32,000 nucleotides of DNA, from assembly GCF_003428155.1 (NCBI RefSeq), contig NZ_QLIR01000015.1, positions 1-32,000 on the forward strand, given 5' to 3'. The notes under the pieces are model-generated. The model worked only from the letters and a program-made list of their open reading frames with translations. It was not told where the DNA came from and did no database searches. The translations under genes and the position numbers were made by a program. Shown here in pieces: positions 21,475-30,784 of this stretch. Numbering within the stretch: position 1 is the first letter of the stretch; each line of letters starts with the position of its first letter. The stretch is from Fastidiosibacter lacustris. Lineage in GTDB: Bacteria > Pseudomonadota > Gammaproteobacteria > Francisellales > Francisellaceae.

Positions 21475-22646
21475 GTTACTAAGATTGCAACGATTGACAT
21501 AACTAGAATTAATAGCGCAATGAGTAAATTAGGGGTAATAGGGAGGGTTAGAGCAACGCCACTAATTAAGCCAGCAGCCAATATGTTGAGACAGCCGTAT
21601 AAACTACCAACTGCACCTATACGTGTTTTAAACGTAACAATAGCTAAAGCACTACTGGTTGGGAAGATAATCCCCGCTGAGAAGTTAAAAATAATCACCG
21701 CAATCATAATAAAGGAAAGGCTAGTTGTGAAAAATATAGCTTGAATCGTGATCAATATTCCAGAGAAGAAAAATAAAAAAATCGCTAGACGTTGAACCTT
21801 CTCAATAGGTATGTATTTTAAGGCAATGCCGTTAATAAACATACCAACAGCAATAAAAGTCTCTCCTACAGCGAAGACGATTGCATAATCGATTTCACTT
21901 AGACCAAAATAGTATTGAAATAAAAATGCACTTATAGATAAATAAGTAATAATAGCGCTCATAATCGTACTTGTAATTACCATGTTTTTAATAAACACTT
22001 TATTTTTAATTACCCAAATATAGGTTTGTAGCGATAGTTTAGCTGATAGTCTTTTTTGAGGATTTAATAATGTTTCAATAAGGTAAAAATAAGCAAGACC
22101 GTAGCAAATTAGGCTTAAAATGATAATAAAGACGAAATCTGCACGCCAGTGATATATATGGGCTAAGAATGCGCCTAAAATGGGAGCCAAAGCAGGTGCT
22201 ATGAGTATGCCTATGCTCATAAATGACATAAATCGTGCATAATTGATATCATTTGGAATGACATCACGTAATATAACACGCCCTAAAGACATTGGAGCTG
22301 CCATTCCAATGGCTTGAAATGTGCGTCCGATCATAAGCATACTAAAATTAATGCTAAAAATGGTAATAAGTGTGCCAACAATGCTAACGGAGAGCCCAAG
22401 CAGGAAAATTTTGCGGCGACCAAAGCGCTCAGATAAAGGACCATATATAAGTTGGGCACAGGCAAACATAATAAAATAGTAGGTGACACTAAAAGCAAGC
22501 AAATTTGTGCTTGTCCCAAAATCATTACTAATGTTTGGTAAAGAAGGAACGTAAATGTCGGATATAAAAATTCCCAACATTGATGTTACCATAATAATTG
22601 TAACGAATATTGCCTTGGCAGTAGCCGAGGTTTTCATGTTTAGCAT
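21453..22646 (-). CDS. Bcr/CflA-family MFS multidrug efflux transporter
   Basis: DIYVPSLPNISNDF, QLIYGPLSERFGRRKIFLLG and ALAPILGAFLAHIYHWRADFVF. Confidence 0.88.
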   Translation of the reverse strand: MLNMKTSATAKAIFVTIIMVTSMLGIFISDIYVPSLPNISNDFGTSTNLLAFSVTYYFIMFACAQLIYGPLSERFGRRKIFLLGLSVSIVGTLITIFSINFSMLMIGRTFQAIGMAAPMSLGRVILRDVIPNDINYARFMSFMSIGILIAPALAPILGAFLAHIYHWRADFVFIIILSLICYGLAYFYLIETLLNPQKRLSAKLSLQTYIWVIKNKVFIKNMVITSTIMSAIITYLSISAFLFQYYFGLSEIDYAIVFAVGETFIAVGMFINGIALKYIPIEKVQRLAIFLFFFSGILITIQAIFFTTSLSFIMIAVIIFNFSAGIIFPTSSALAIVTFKTRIGAVGSLYGCLNILAAGLISGVALTLPITPNLLIALLILVMSIVAILVTYCVRDK

Positions 22647-22716
22647 ATTTTTACCTTATTTATTTTTTATATCTATGTAATTGTATTTTTAATTTGTAAT
22701 TTTATTTGAAAATACG

Positions 22717-22745
22717 TTGATATTTGTAAAATAAAAGTTTAGATT
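22717..22745 (+). promoter_or_regulatory. Predicted sigma70 promoter upstream of the smORF and secreted-protein pair
   Basis: TTGATA - 17 nt - TAGATT on the + strand, about 70 nt before the 22817 ATG. Confidence 0.4.
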
Positions 22746-22816
22746 GGGAAAGTCAATCGATTGATGCTTATCATTTATCAAACCTTACACAAGTAAGAAA
22801 ACAAGGAGGAAAAGTT

Positions 22817-22882
22817 ATGAATAGTATTAATAACGATAGCACATATGTACATGGAGAATCATCTGCAAAAGAAATTTGGTAG
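22817..22882 (+). CDS. Putative 21-aa small protein/peptide (not in the ORF track)
   Basis: ATG..TAG encodes MNSINNDSTYVHGESSAKEIW. A near-perfect Shine-Dalgarno, AAGGAGG, lies 7 nt upstream (acAAGGAGGaaaagttATG). Confidence 0.45.
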   Translation: MNSINNDSTYVHGESSAKEIW

Positions 22883-22974
22883 TATTGTCTATTAGCTGCA
22901 TGTGTGTGAGTTGAAAAACATGTATATATCCAGCACACTTTAAACTAACCACTCAGTATGCATAAGGAGGTATT

Positions 22975-23475
22975 ATGAAAAAGATAATTTTACCCATAAC
23001 CTTAGCTTTAATTTCCAGTGAGGTTTTTGCTGACGCTTATGATGCATCTGGGAATTATATTCCAAGTGGTCAAACCACTCCAAGATACGAAACTAAAATG
23101 GTTGTACACAAGTATCAATATGCAGGGCAATATATTAATGACCTTAAATTGGTCAATTTTATAGACTATTATTTGAGCTTATATCCATCGGGGTTAACTG
23201 ATCTTTATTTTAAGGGTTTTTCACCCCAACAGGCAGAAGAGTCAACTGTATATGATATTCAGGAAACTAGTATTATAAACGACAGCAATAAACTAATGAC
23301 TTTTAATGAGTTTAAAACTTGGGCTTTGCACAACGTTAGTCCTAATAGTAAAGGGCTGGAAAAGTTACAACAATTAGATGAAGCAACTTTTATACAAAAA
23401 GTTGTTCAAGCGCAACAAATTTTAAACAAAACAAATAATGATGTGATTAGTATAAACACCCCGAAAGTCAAATAG
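22975..23475 (+). CDS. Putative secreted/periplasmic protein of unknown function
   Basis: Signal peptide MKKIILPITLALISSEVFA|DAY; strong Shine-Dalgarno aAGGAGGtattATG. No family recognised. Confidence 0.65.
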   Translation: MKKIILPITLALISSEVFADAYDASGNYIPSGQTTPRYETKMVVHKYQYAGQYINDLKLVNFIDYYLSLYPSGLTDLYFKGFSPQQAEESTVYDIQETSIINDSNKLMTFNEFKTWALHNVSPNSKGLEKLQQLDEATFIQKVVQAQQILNKTNNDVISINTPKVK

Positions 23476-23477
23476 CC

Positions 23478-24036
23478 GGTAGTGTCTTACTTTAGCGTTT
23501 TAGATATTTCTACCCCATTCAATACGGTTAATGTAAAGCCCGATAACGGTATCGTGCATTAACTCGCTTTTTGAAAAGCAGATACTTTTCCTGGCAAATT
23601 GCTTTATTCTGGTTCTAAATGTTAAAAATTTGCGTTCAATCTTCTGTGTATTACGTTTCCCTATATCATGATATTCACCGGGAATAAAGCTCCGGTTACA
23701 TTTCAACAATCTAAAGGCTTTTTTTATCGTATTAATCACGGTTTTTGTGCTAGCTTTTAAAACACGTGCTATATCTCGTATACCACTACCATTGCTACAC
23801 ATATCAATAATTTTTTCTTTTATCTTGGGCAGCCGACCTAGTGCTTTATATTCAAGTTGAAAGTACTTTCTGCAACCTTGACAGGGATATCTTTGCGTAC
23901 CATTTGGACTAGATTTCAATTGGTTTTTACCTGATTTAACTGTTTTTATTGAGTTGCAATTCCTGTAACGTACATCAATTTTTGCCATTTTTGATTTGGG
24001 ATTATAAAAACAAATGTGCCAGATGATAACACTACC
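23478..24036 (-). mobile_element. Internally deleted IS1-family element
   Basis: Terminal inverted repeat GGTAGTGT...ACACTACC flanks a transposase remnant. The element is 559 bp, short for an IS1-type element. No convincing target-site duplication was seen. Confidence 0.65.
23500..23988 (-). pseudogene. IS1-family transposase, InsA-like N-terminus fused to InsB-like C-terminus with the middle missing
   Basis: InsA-like: CRNCNS..VKSGKN..G.QRYPCQGCRKYFQLEY..IIDMCSNGSGIRDIARVLKAS. InsB C-terminus-like: HDIGKRNTQKIERKFLTFRTRIKQFARKSICFSKSELMHD.VIGLYINR. Expected intervening catalytic segment absent. Confidence 0.8.
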
Positions 24037-24082
24037 CGCAATTTTAAGTCGAACTCATTTAATGCTAAGTTAAAATATTTTC

Positions 24083-24109
24083 TTAAAGTAATAAGTTTAA
24101 AGTAATAAG
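24083..24109 (+). repeat. Two direct copies of TTAAAGTAATAAG (24083-24095 and 24097-24109), 14-nt period
   Basis: Read directly from the sequence upstream of glk. Confidence 0.6.
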
Positions 24110-24195
24110 AATGTCATAACAGATGGATTTACATTTAGCTCAAACAGTGATTATATAGCTAGACTCAGAAATAAAGCTAACGTATTAACATAATA

Positions 24196-25206
24196 ATGAT
24201 CGTACTATCTGGAGATGTCGGGGGCACAAATACACGCCTTCAAATAACGGAGCATCAAAGTAAAAAAGCGAAAATAATCTTTGCCAAAAAATATTTGGCA
24301 GCTGAGTTTAAAAGTCTATCTGCGATCATTGAGCAGTTTTTGGCAGAGGCTACATTTGATCGATCCAAGATTCAAGCTGTGTGTATTGCAGTTGCAGGTC
24401 CTGTTAAAAATGGAGCAATTGAATTTACGAATTTACCCTGGGGTTTAACCGAGAATGAGTTAGCAGAGGTGCTTTGTTTGGATAAAAGCAAAGTAAGATT
24501 AATTAATGATTTTACATCGATTGGTTATGGTCTAGATTCGGTAGAAAAAAACAATTTAATTTGTCTACAAAAAGCGGAAATTGATCCTGATGCGCCAATA
24601 GCCATGGTAGGGGCAGGCACAGGAATTGGGATGGGAATTGTAACTAAACATAACGGTCAAACTTTAGTCTATCCAAGCGAAGGAGGACACCAAGATTTTG
24701 CGCCAGTAGATGATGAGCAAATTGGATTATTTCAATTTTTGAAAAAGCGGCTACATCGGGTTTCAATCGAGAGAATTTGTTGTGGTCCTGGTCTTATTAA
24801 CATCTATAAATATGTCGTTGCAAATCCATTGTATAACCAGCCTGAGTCGCCAGAATTAAAGCGAGATATGCACAAAGGGATTGACCATGCTCAGCTTATT
24901 ACTCAGTATGCGTTGGAAAAAGGTGATCCTATGGCGTTAAGAGCCGTGGATATATTTATTCGTGTATATGGTGCAGTTGCAGGTGATATGGCACTGGTTA
25001 CTTTACCAAAAGGTGGATTGTATATTGTTGGTGGAATTGCACCTAAAATTATTACACAAATGCAGGATGGTCGTTTCATGAAAACCTTTCAAGATAAGGG
25101 GAGGTTATCTGGTTTAATGAAAGAAATTCCTATTTTTGTTGTTATGGATACTGACGTTGGTATCAAGGGGGCTGCCGAATTTGCGTTATCATTGTGCAAA
25201 AAATAA
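24196..25206 (+). CDS. glk: Glucokinase (ROK-independent Glk family)
   Basis: SGDVGGTNTRL, AGPVKNGAIEFTNLPW, NDFTSIGYG, GAGTGIGMG, YPSEGGHQDFAP and GGIAPKI. Confidence 0.93.
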   Translation: MIVLSGDVGGTNTRLQITEHQSKKAKIIFAKKYLAAEFKSLSAIIEQFLAEATFDRSKIQAVCIAVAGPVKNGAIEFTNLPWGLTENELAEVLCLDKSKVRLINDFTSIGYGLDSVEKNNLICLQKAEIDPDAPIAMVGAGTGIGMGIVTKHNGQTLVYPSEGGHQDFAPVDDEQIGLFQFLKKRLHRVSIERICCGPGLINIYKYVVANPLYNQPESPELKRDMHKGIDHAQLITQYALEKGDPMALRAVDIFIRVYGAVAGDMALVTLPKGGLYIVGGIAPKIITQMQDGRFMKTFQDKGRLSGLMKEIPIFVVMDTDVGIKGAAEFALSLCKK

Positions 25207-25308
25207 TCCTGGCAATTTTACCAATATCCTATATGATACCCATGCAAAATGGGTTTATTTTAAAACGTCCAATTTGATTATATATAGACGGTTAATGAAG
25301 GTAAAAAT

Positions 25309-26463
25309 ATGCAGAAAATATTAAAACAACCAATAGACTTAAAAAGTGTATTGGTCTTAACGTTGACTCCTATTGCTGCTGTTATTTTTATTCCATATTA
25401 TGCAATTAGCTATGGATTTTCAGCAGCAGATTGGTTTTGGTTTAGTTTTTTTATGATAGCAACTGGAGTTTCGATTACAGCGGGTTACCATCGATTATGG
25501 GCTCATCGTGCTTATAAGGCAAAAGCACCATTGAAGATATTCTTCATGTTGTTTGGTGCAGCTGCGCTACAAAACAGCATTATCAAATGGTCCTCAGATC
25601 ATCGTAAACATCATCGTTTTGTCGATGATAAAGAAATGGACCCTTATGCAGCAACAAAAGGCTTTTGGTATAGTCACTTTACATGGATGTTACGTCATTT
25701 ACCTAAAAAAGTGGCGCAAGTTGAGAACGTAAGTGATTTAGAAAATGATAAAATTGTTGCTTTTCAGCATAAATATTACGTTCTATTAGCAATTTTTATG
25801 TGCGTGATTTTGCCCATACTTATTGGTGCGAGCTACGGTAGTATTGGTGGTTGTTTGTTATTAGCAGGATTATTGCGTTTGGTGCTCAATCATCACTTTA
25901 CTTTTTTTATTAATTCACTTGCACACATTTGGGGTAAGCAAAAATTTTCAGACGAAAACACCGCGCGTGATAATCCAATCTTGTCGTTAGTTACTTATGG
26001 GGAGGGTTATCACAACTATCATCACAAATATGCAGGTGACTATCGCAATGGAGTGAAGTGGTACGACTTTGATCCATCTAAGTGGTTGATTTATGGAGCA
26101 TCCAAAATTGGTTGGGCATATGATTTAAAAACAATACCTAAGCCTGCTATTGAGGCAGCAAGAGCATCCATGCAACTAAAAGAAGCACAAAGTAGAATTA
26201 AAGACAAACGCTATATTAAGCTCGTCGTTGACTTTGAGAAAAGGTTGGAGGATCAGTATAAAGTGCTTTTTGATAGTATCAAGGAGTGGGCAAAAGCCAA
26301 ACAAGCTTGGTTACAAGCTAAAAAAGATAAGTTATCTGCCACCCAAATTTTACAGTTAAAAGAGCACTATAAGTCATTGAAACAGAAATTTAAAACCGAA
26401 CGTAAATTATGGCGCACACTTTCAAACTCATCTGTCAAGGTTGCTAAATTAAAAGTTGCATAG
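25309..26463 (+). CDS. Acyl-CoA/acyl-lipid delta-9-type fatty acid desaturase
   Basis: Three His boxes: HRLWAHR, HRKHH and HNYHH. GYHRLWAHRAYKA and VDDKEMDPY patterns. Confidence 0.9.
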   Translation: MQKILKQPIDLKSVLVLTLTPIAAVIFIPYYAISYGFSAADWFWFSFFMIATGVSITAGYHRLWAHRAYKAKAPLKIFFMLFGAAALQNSIIKWSSDHRKHHRFVDDKEMDPYAATKGFWYSHFTWMLRHLPKKVAQVENVSDLENDKIVAFQHKYYVLLAIFMCVILPILIGASYGSIGGCLLLAGLLRLVLNHHFTFFINSLAHIWGKQKFSDENTARDNPILSLVTYGEGYHNYHHKYAGDYRNGVKWYDFDPSKWLIYGASKIGWAYDLKTIPKPAIEAARASMQLKEAQSRIKDKRYIKLVVDFEKRLEDQYKVLFDSIKEWAKAKQAWLQAKKDKLSATQILQLKEHYKSLKQKFKTERKLWRTLSNSSVKVAKLKVA

Positions 26464-26475
26464 TTTAAAATTCCT

Positions 26476-26499
26476 CCCACCCATCTAAATGATGGTGGG
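26476..26499. other. Hairpin-forming inverted repeat in the desaturase-era intergenic region
   Basis: CCCACCCATC-taaat-GATGGTGGG: 9-bp stem with one bulged C and a 5-nt loop. No following U-tract in the + direction. Confidence 0.5.
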
Positions 26500-26580
26500 T
26501 CAATAACTACCTGTTTTAGCAGGCAGTCATTTAACATTTAATGTGAGTGATTATCTTATAGTCCACGATTAGTTTAAACC

Positions 26581-27567
26581 TTGCAATGCAACATAGGTCT
26601 CATGATTTTGTTCGACAACATGCAAGTGTACGACTACAATAAACACAAATTTATAAGGACAGCAATCGTTAGAATGAAAAAATGTGGCTATATTGCAATT
26701 ATTGGGCGACCTAACGTAGGTAAATCAACATTGCTTAATCATATCTTAAAGTATAAAGTCAGCATAACTAGCCGCAAACCACAAACAACAAGGCATCAAA
26801 TTACAGGAGTTAAAACCGTTAAAAATGCACAGTTTATCTATGTTGATACTCCAGGCTTGCATCAAGATGAGCCACGAGCAATTAATAGAATGATGAATAG
26901 GCAAGCAATGAGTGTAATCAACGATGTTGATGTCGTGCTATTTGTTGTTGAAGTGGGTAAATGGACAGCTGCTGAAGAATGGATTTTGCAAAAACTTGGG
27001 AGCGTTAAGGTATCTGTGATATTGGTTATTAATAAAGTTGATCAACTACATAATCGCCAGCAAGAGCAATTGTTTGAAAAACAAATAAGACAAAAATATC
27101 ATTTCGCGGCGAGCTTTTTGATCTCGGCAAAACAAGGGCATTTAATCACAGAGTTGGAGCAAACAATTGAGCAGTACTTACCTGTAAGTGAACACTTTTT
27201 CTATGCTGAAGATCAAGTTACTGATCGTACAGAGCGTTTTATGATCGCAGAAATTATCCGTGAGAAACTTATGCGCACTTTAGGTCAGGAAGTGCCATAT
27301 CAATTAACGGTTGAGATCAATAAATGTAAATTTGATGAACAGCGTCAATTAATGGAAATTTTTGCAACGATTTTGGTTGAGCGTATGGGACAAAAAGCAA
27401 TGGTAATTGGCAGTAAAGGACAAAAACTCAAGAAAATTGGTAGTGAAGCACGCAAGGATATCGAATATATGCTGGGGAAAAAAGTCTTTTTGGAATTATG
27501 GGTTAAAGTCAAAGAAGGCTGGTCAGATGATGAGCGTGCACTTAAATCATTGGGATATGATTTGTAA
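26581..27567 (+). CDS. era: GTPase Era (probable true start is the ATG at 26674)
   Basis: GRPNVGKSTLLNHIL, SRKPQTTRHQITG, DTPGLH, NKVD and C-terminal KH domain VIGSKGQKLKKIGSEARKDIE. Homology begins at MKKCGYIAIIG. Confidence 0.96.
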   Translation: MQCNIGLMILFDNMQVYDYNKHKFIRTAIVRMKKCGYIAIIGRPNVGKSTLLNHILKYKVSITSRKPQTTRHQITGVKTVKNAQFIYVDTPGLHQDEPRAINRMMNRQAMSVINDVDVVLFVVEVGKWTAAEEWILQKLGSVKVSVILVINKVDQLHNRQQEQLFEKQIRQKYHFAASFLISAKQGHLITELEQTIEQYLPVSEHFFYAEDQVTDRTERFMIAEIIREKLMRTLGQEVPYQLTVEINKCKFDEQRQLMEIFATILVERMGQKAMVIGSKGQKLKKIGSEARKDIEYMLGKKVFLELWVKVKEGWSDDERALKSLGYDL

Positions 27568-27587
27568 TTTTAAAAAGGTAATGGAAA

Positions 27588-28646
27588 ATGACAGAAGGTG
27601 ATAATATATCCACGGCTGATACATCGTTTGTAACTGAAAATGCTCAAATTGAAAATAGAAAAAATAAAGCATGGATTAAATATCTAGTTTTAGCAATTGT
27701 CGTAGTTGTCTGTGTTGGTGGTTTTTATACTTATGTAAAATATACAGAAATCTATCCATCAACAGATGACGCTTATATAAATGCCAATATTATTCAAATA
27801 TCAGCACAAGTGACAGGTAAACTTGGTAAGCTATATATTGAAAACAATCAAGAGGTCAAAAAGGGGCAGCTTTTATTTACTATCGAGTCACAGAGTTTTC
27901 AATATGCACAAGATAAAGCAAAGGCTGATTTAATCCTCTTAGAACAGGAGGTAGCTGCAATTGAAGATAATATTGAAGTACAGAAAGCTAAACTTAAACA
28001 AGCTCAAGCACAGCAGTTTGTAGCTGAACAAAAAGAAATAAGGATCATAAAACTTGTATCTAAAGGCATGGCATCTCAAGAAAATGGAGACGAGGTGAAA
28101 GGGAATTTAGAGGTTGCCAGAGCGAATGTAAATGCTGCGCTTGCAGGTATTGCCCAACAACAAAAGCAATTGGTATTACAGCAGTCTAAAATTGCAGCAG
28201 CGAAAGCAAACTTGTCTACCGCTGAACTTAACCTGAGCTATACCAAAATCTATGCACCTACCTCTGGCTTTATTACCAATTTTAATTTACAGCATGGATC
28301 TTTGATTACCCAAAATCAAAATTTATTTGTATTGGTAAGTAATGAGCATTTTTGGATAGATGCAAATTATAAAGAAACTCAAATGTCACGCATGAAAGTT
28401 GGTCAAAAAGCAACGATTAGATTGGATATGTATCAAAATGTCGAACTAAGTGGCACAATTCAAAGTATTTCTGAAGGAAGTGGTAGTATATTTTCGCTTC
28501 TTCCACCTGAAAATGCATCTGGGAACTGGGTGAAGGTAGTGCAGCGTTTTCCAGTTAAAGTTATATTAGATAAAGGGGAAATAAATAAAGTTCCACATTT
28601 ACGAGTTGGGTCATCTGCCACAGTTCAAGTCGATACAAACAGTTAA
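27588..28646 (+). CDS. HlyD/EmrA-family membrane fusion protein
   Basis: Single N-terminal TM, STDDAYINANIIQISAQVTGKLGKLYIENNQEVKKGQLLFTI, coiled coil, AAKANLSTAELNLSYTKIYAPTSGFI. Confidence 0.88.
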   Translation: MTEGDNISTADTSFVTENAQIENRKNKAWIKYLVLAIVVVVCVGGFYTYVKYTEIYPSTDDAYINANIIQISAQVTGKLGKLYIENNQEVKKGQLLFTIESQSFQYAQDKAKADLILLEQEVAAIEDNIEVQKAKLKQAQAQQFVAEQKEIRIIKLVSKGMASQENGDEVKGNLEVARANVNAALAGIAQQQKQLVLQQSKIAAAKANLSTAELNLSYTKIYAPTSGFITNFNLQHGSLITQNQNLFVLVSNEHFWIDANYKETQMSRMKVGQKATIRLDMYQNVELSGTIQSISEGSGSIFSLLPPENASGNWVKVVQRFPVKVILDKGEINKVPHLRVGSSATVQVDTNS

Positions 28647-29492
28647 TTATTTAACGCCTAGCTCAATCAATCTTTCTTGTAAAAAACTATCTGCAGTTGG
28701 GTACCTTTTGGAAAGATAAACTTCAGGTTTAGCATGCATAAAGCAAGGAATAGACATCCGATCAATCCCTAGTGCTTCACCTTCTGGTTTAATAACACGG
28801 TGTTTTGTCGCAATGTACTCAAAATCAGTCATTTCTTGTAACATATCGCCGATGTTAATAATGATTGATTGTGGTTTGCAAAGTACCTCATACCATTTAT
28901 CTTCTTTATGCGAATAAACTTCTAATCCTGGAGAAGATGCAACAGGTAGTAATGTAATGAGATTGATATCTTCATGTGCAGCAGCTCGAATTGCACCTGG
29001 TTCTTCATCACCTTGGATAGCAGGATAGTGCAGAATTCTAAAGAGTGTACGTTCTAGCGACAGCGCATCAACTAAAGGCATTGCGAGCTTGTTAGATACT
29101 GCATGATCCATATGACTATCTATCCATTGCAATAGTGTTTTTCCTAACGTGAAAAGTTGATTAAACAGTTCTCGTGCTTGATTGGAAACTTCTTTTGGAT
29201 ATCGTCCATGTGGAAAATATAAATGGAAGTAATGCTTAATATCACGAGTTATTTCACCTTTGGCGATTTCAGAGACATCAAGTGGAAAGTAACCATCTTG
29301 TGTATCCTTATTATAATAATAGTTTTTTGCAGCATCAGAGTTAATGAATTGACGCCACTCGGTATAAACTTCTTCAACTAACTGCCAATCAATAGGATGT
29401 TTCTCTAATACTGCAAACCCCGTTTGTTTTAATGAGTCAGTAAAAAGTTTTGTAGCATTTGCTGCATAAAAATCAACGTTTAAAATTTTCAT
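28647..29492 (-). CDS. 2-oxoglutarate/Fe(II)-dependent oxygenase, isopenicillin-N-synthase-like
   Basis: HEDINLITLL (HxD) with downstream KHRV, DGYFPLDVSEIAKGE, and INIGDMLQEMTDFEYIATKHRV. Confidence 0.8.
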   Translation of the reverse strand: MKILNVDFYAANATKLFTDSLKQTGFAVLEKHPIDWQLVEEVYTEWRQFINSDAAKNYYYNKDTQDGYFPLDVSEIAKGEITRDIKHYFHLYFPHGRYPKEVSNQARELFNQLFTLGKTLLQWIDSHMDHAVSNKLAMPLVDALSLERTLFRILHYPAIQGDEEPGAIRAAAHEDINLITLLPVASSPGLEVYSHKEDKWYEVLCKPQSIIINIGDMLQEMTDFEYIATKHRVIKPEGEALGIDRMSIPCFMHAKPEVYLSKRYPTADSFLQERLIELGVK

Positions 29493-29632
29493 AAAATACC
29501 TTATGATTAAACCAAGTTTTGGCTATCCTAAAGAGCGAGTAAGATGATGTCAATAAATGGTAAAAGAGATGATAATAAATACCATTTTTTTTTACTTAGA
29601 TTGATTTTCTTTTAGGTTTTTTGGTAAAAATT

Positions 29633-29641
29633 TGCTAGAAT
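29633..29641 (+). promoter_or_regulatory. Possible extended -10 element upstream of the stand-alone rpoA
   Basis: TGCTAGAAT (TG-N-TAGAAT) about 110 nt before the start codon. No good -35 seen. Confidence 0.3.
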
Positions 29642-29754
29642 ACTGCAAATTTCTGACACCCGTATCCTTTTCATAAATTACTATATAATGATTTATTGTT
29701 AATAAATTGTGGTTGTTTATGTTAGGTATGCAAAAGTAAAAGGTATATGAGAGA

Positions 29755-30708
29755 ATGGCATTAGAGCATTTATTGCATCCAACAACAGTGAATAATCAAG
29801 AAAGAATTGGCAATCAAGCAAAGATTACTTTAGAGCCTTTGGAGCGTGGCTTTGGTCATACCTTAGGTTTTTCGTTAAAGCAAATCATGTTACACGTTTT
29901 ATCAGGTGCATCGTTAACAAAAGTTAAATTTAACGATGGTGTGAATAGTGAGGTCAAGTTAGCAACAACTGAATCAGTTGAAGAGTTATTGCTTAATTTG
30001 CAAATCATTAAGTTTAAACTGGATTCAGCTCATACCACTGGTAATATAAGTATTAAATTATCAGGAAAAGCTCGTGAAGTATACGCTGCAGACTTAACCT
30101 TATCAGAAGGTGTAGAGATTTTAAATCCTGATGTGCTTATTTGCCAATATGTAGGAAAAGATAAGCTTAGCATTGAAGGATGGATAGAGTCAGGTGCTGG
30201 TTATAAACCTGCAAATCAGAACTTTATAGATGGTTACTTTATGTTAGATGCTTCTTTTTCACCTGTTGTCAGTCTCAATTACAACGTTGAAAACGCGCGT
30301 GTTGCACAAAGAACTGACTTGGACAAACTTATTTTAGATGTGCAAACAGATGGCAGCTTGACACCTTCGGAGGCATTGAGTTTAGCGGCACAAAAGATTC
30401 AATCTCAAATGTCTAGAATTGTTGATGAAGAAGCATTAGCTGAACGTTTGCACATTGAAGAAGAACCAAAAATTGATCCGTTTTTATTAAAAACAGTAGA
30501 AGAGTTAGACTTAACTGTGCGTTCTGCAAACTGCTTGAAGTCTGAGAATATTCGTTATATTGGTGAGCTTGTTCAACGCACGGAATCTGAGCTTATGAAA
30601 ACACCAAACTTTGGACGTAAATCTTTAAATGAAATTAAAGAAAAACTTTCTTCGTATGGATACTCATTAGGCACAATTGTTGGAGATTGGTCAAGGGATT
30701 TAATATAG
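29755..30708 (+). CDS. rpoA: DNA-directed RNA polymerase subunit alpha, stand-alone diverged copy (alpha2-like)
   Basis: [14 protein letters not shown]-terminal motif, [32 protein letters not shown], alpha-[49 protein letters not shown]. No ribosomal protein genes adjacent. Confidence 0.95.
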   Translation: MALEHLLHPTTVNNQERIGNQAKITLEPLERGFGHTLGFSLKQIMLHVLSGASLTKVKFNDGVNSEVKLATTESVEELLLNLQIIKFKLDSAHTTGNISIKLSGKAREVYAADLTLSEGVEILNPDVLICQYVGKDKLSIEGWIESGAGYKPANQNFIDGYFMLDASFSPVVSLNYNVENARVAQRTDLDKLILDVQTDGSLTPSEALSLAAQKIQSQMSRIVDEEALAERLHIEEEPKIDPFLLKTVEELDLTVRSANCLKSENIRYIGELVQRTESELMKTPNFGRKSLNEIKEKLSSYGYSLGTIVGDWSRDLI

Positions 30709-30784
30709 TAGAGTCGTCAATATTAGGTTCTGTTCTGTAAACCAAAAAAACTACACGCTACGTAATTAGAGTATGCAAGATACG

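Noticed and set aside
25136-25324. 62-aa + strand ORF across the glk end and desaturase start
   Set aside because: Overlaps both supported genes in another frame and has no domain signal.
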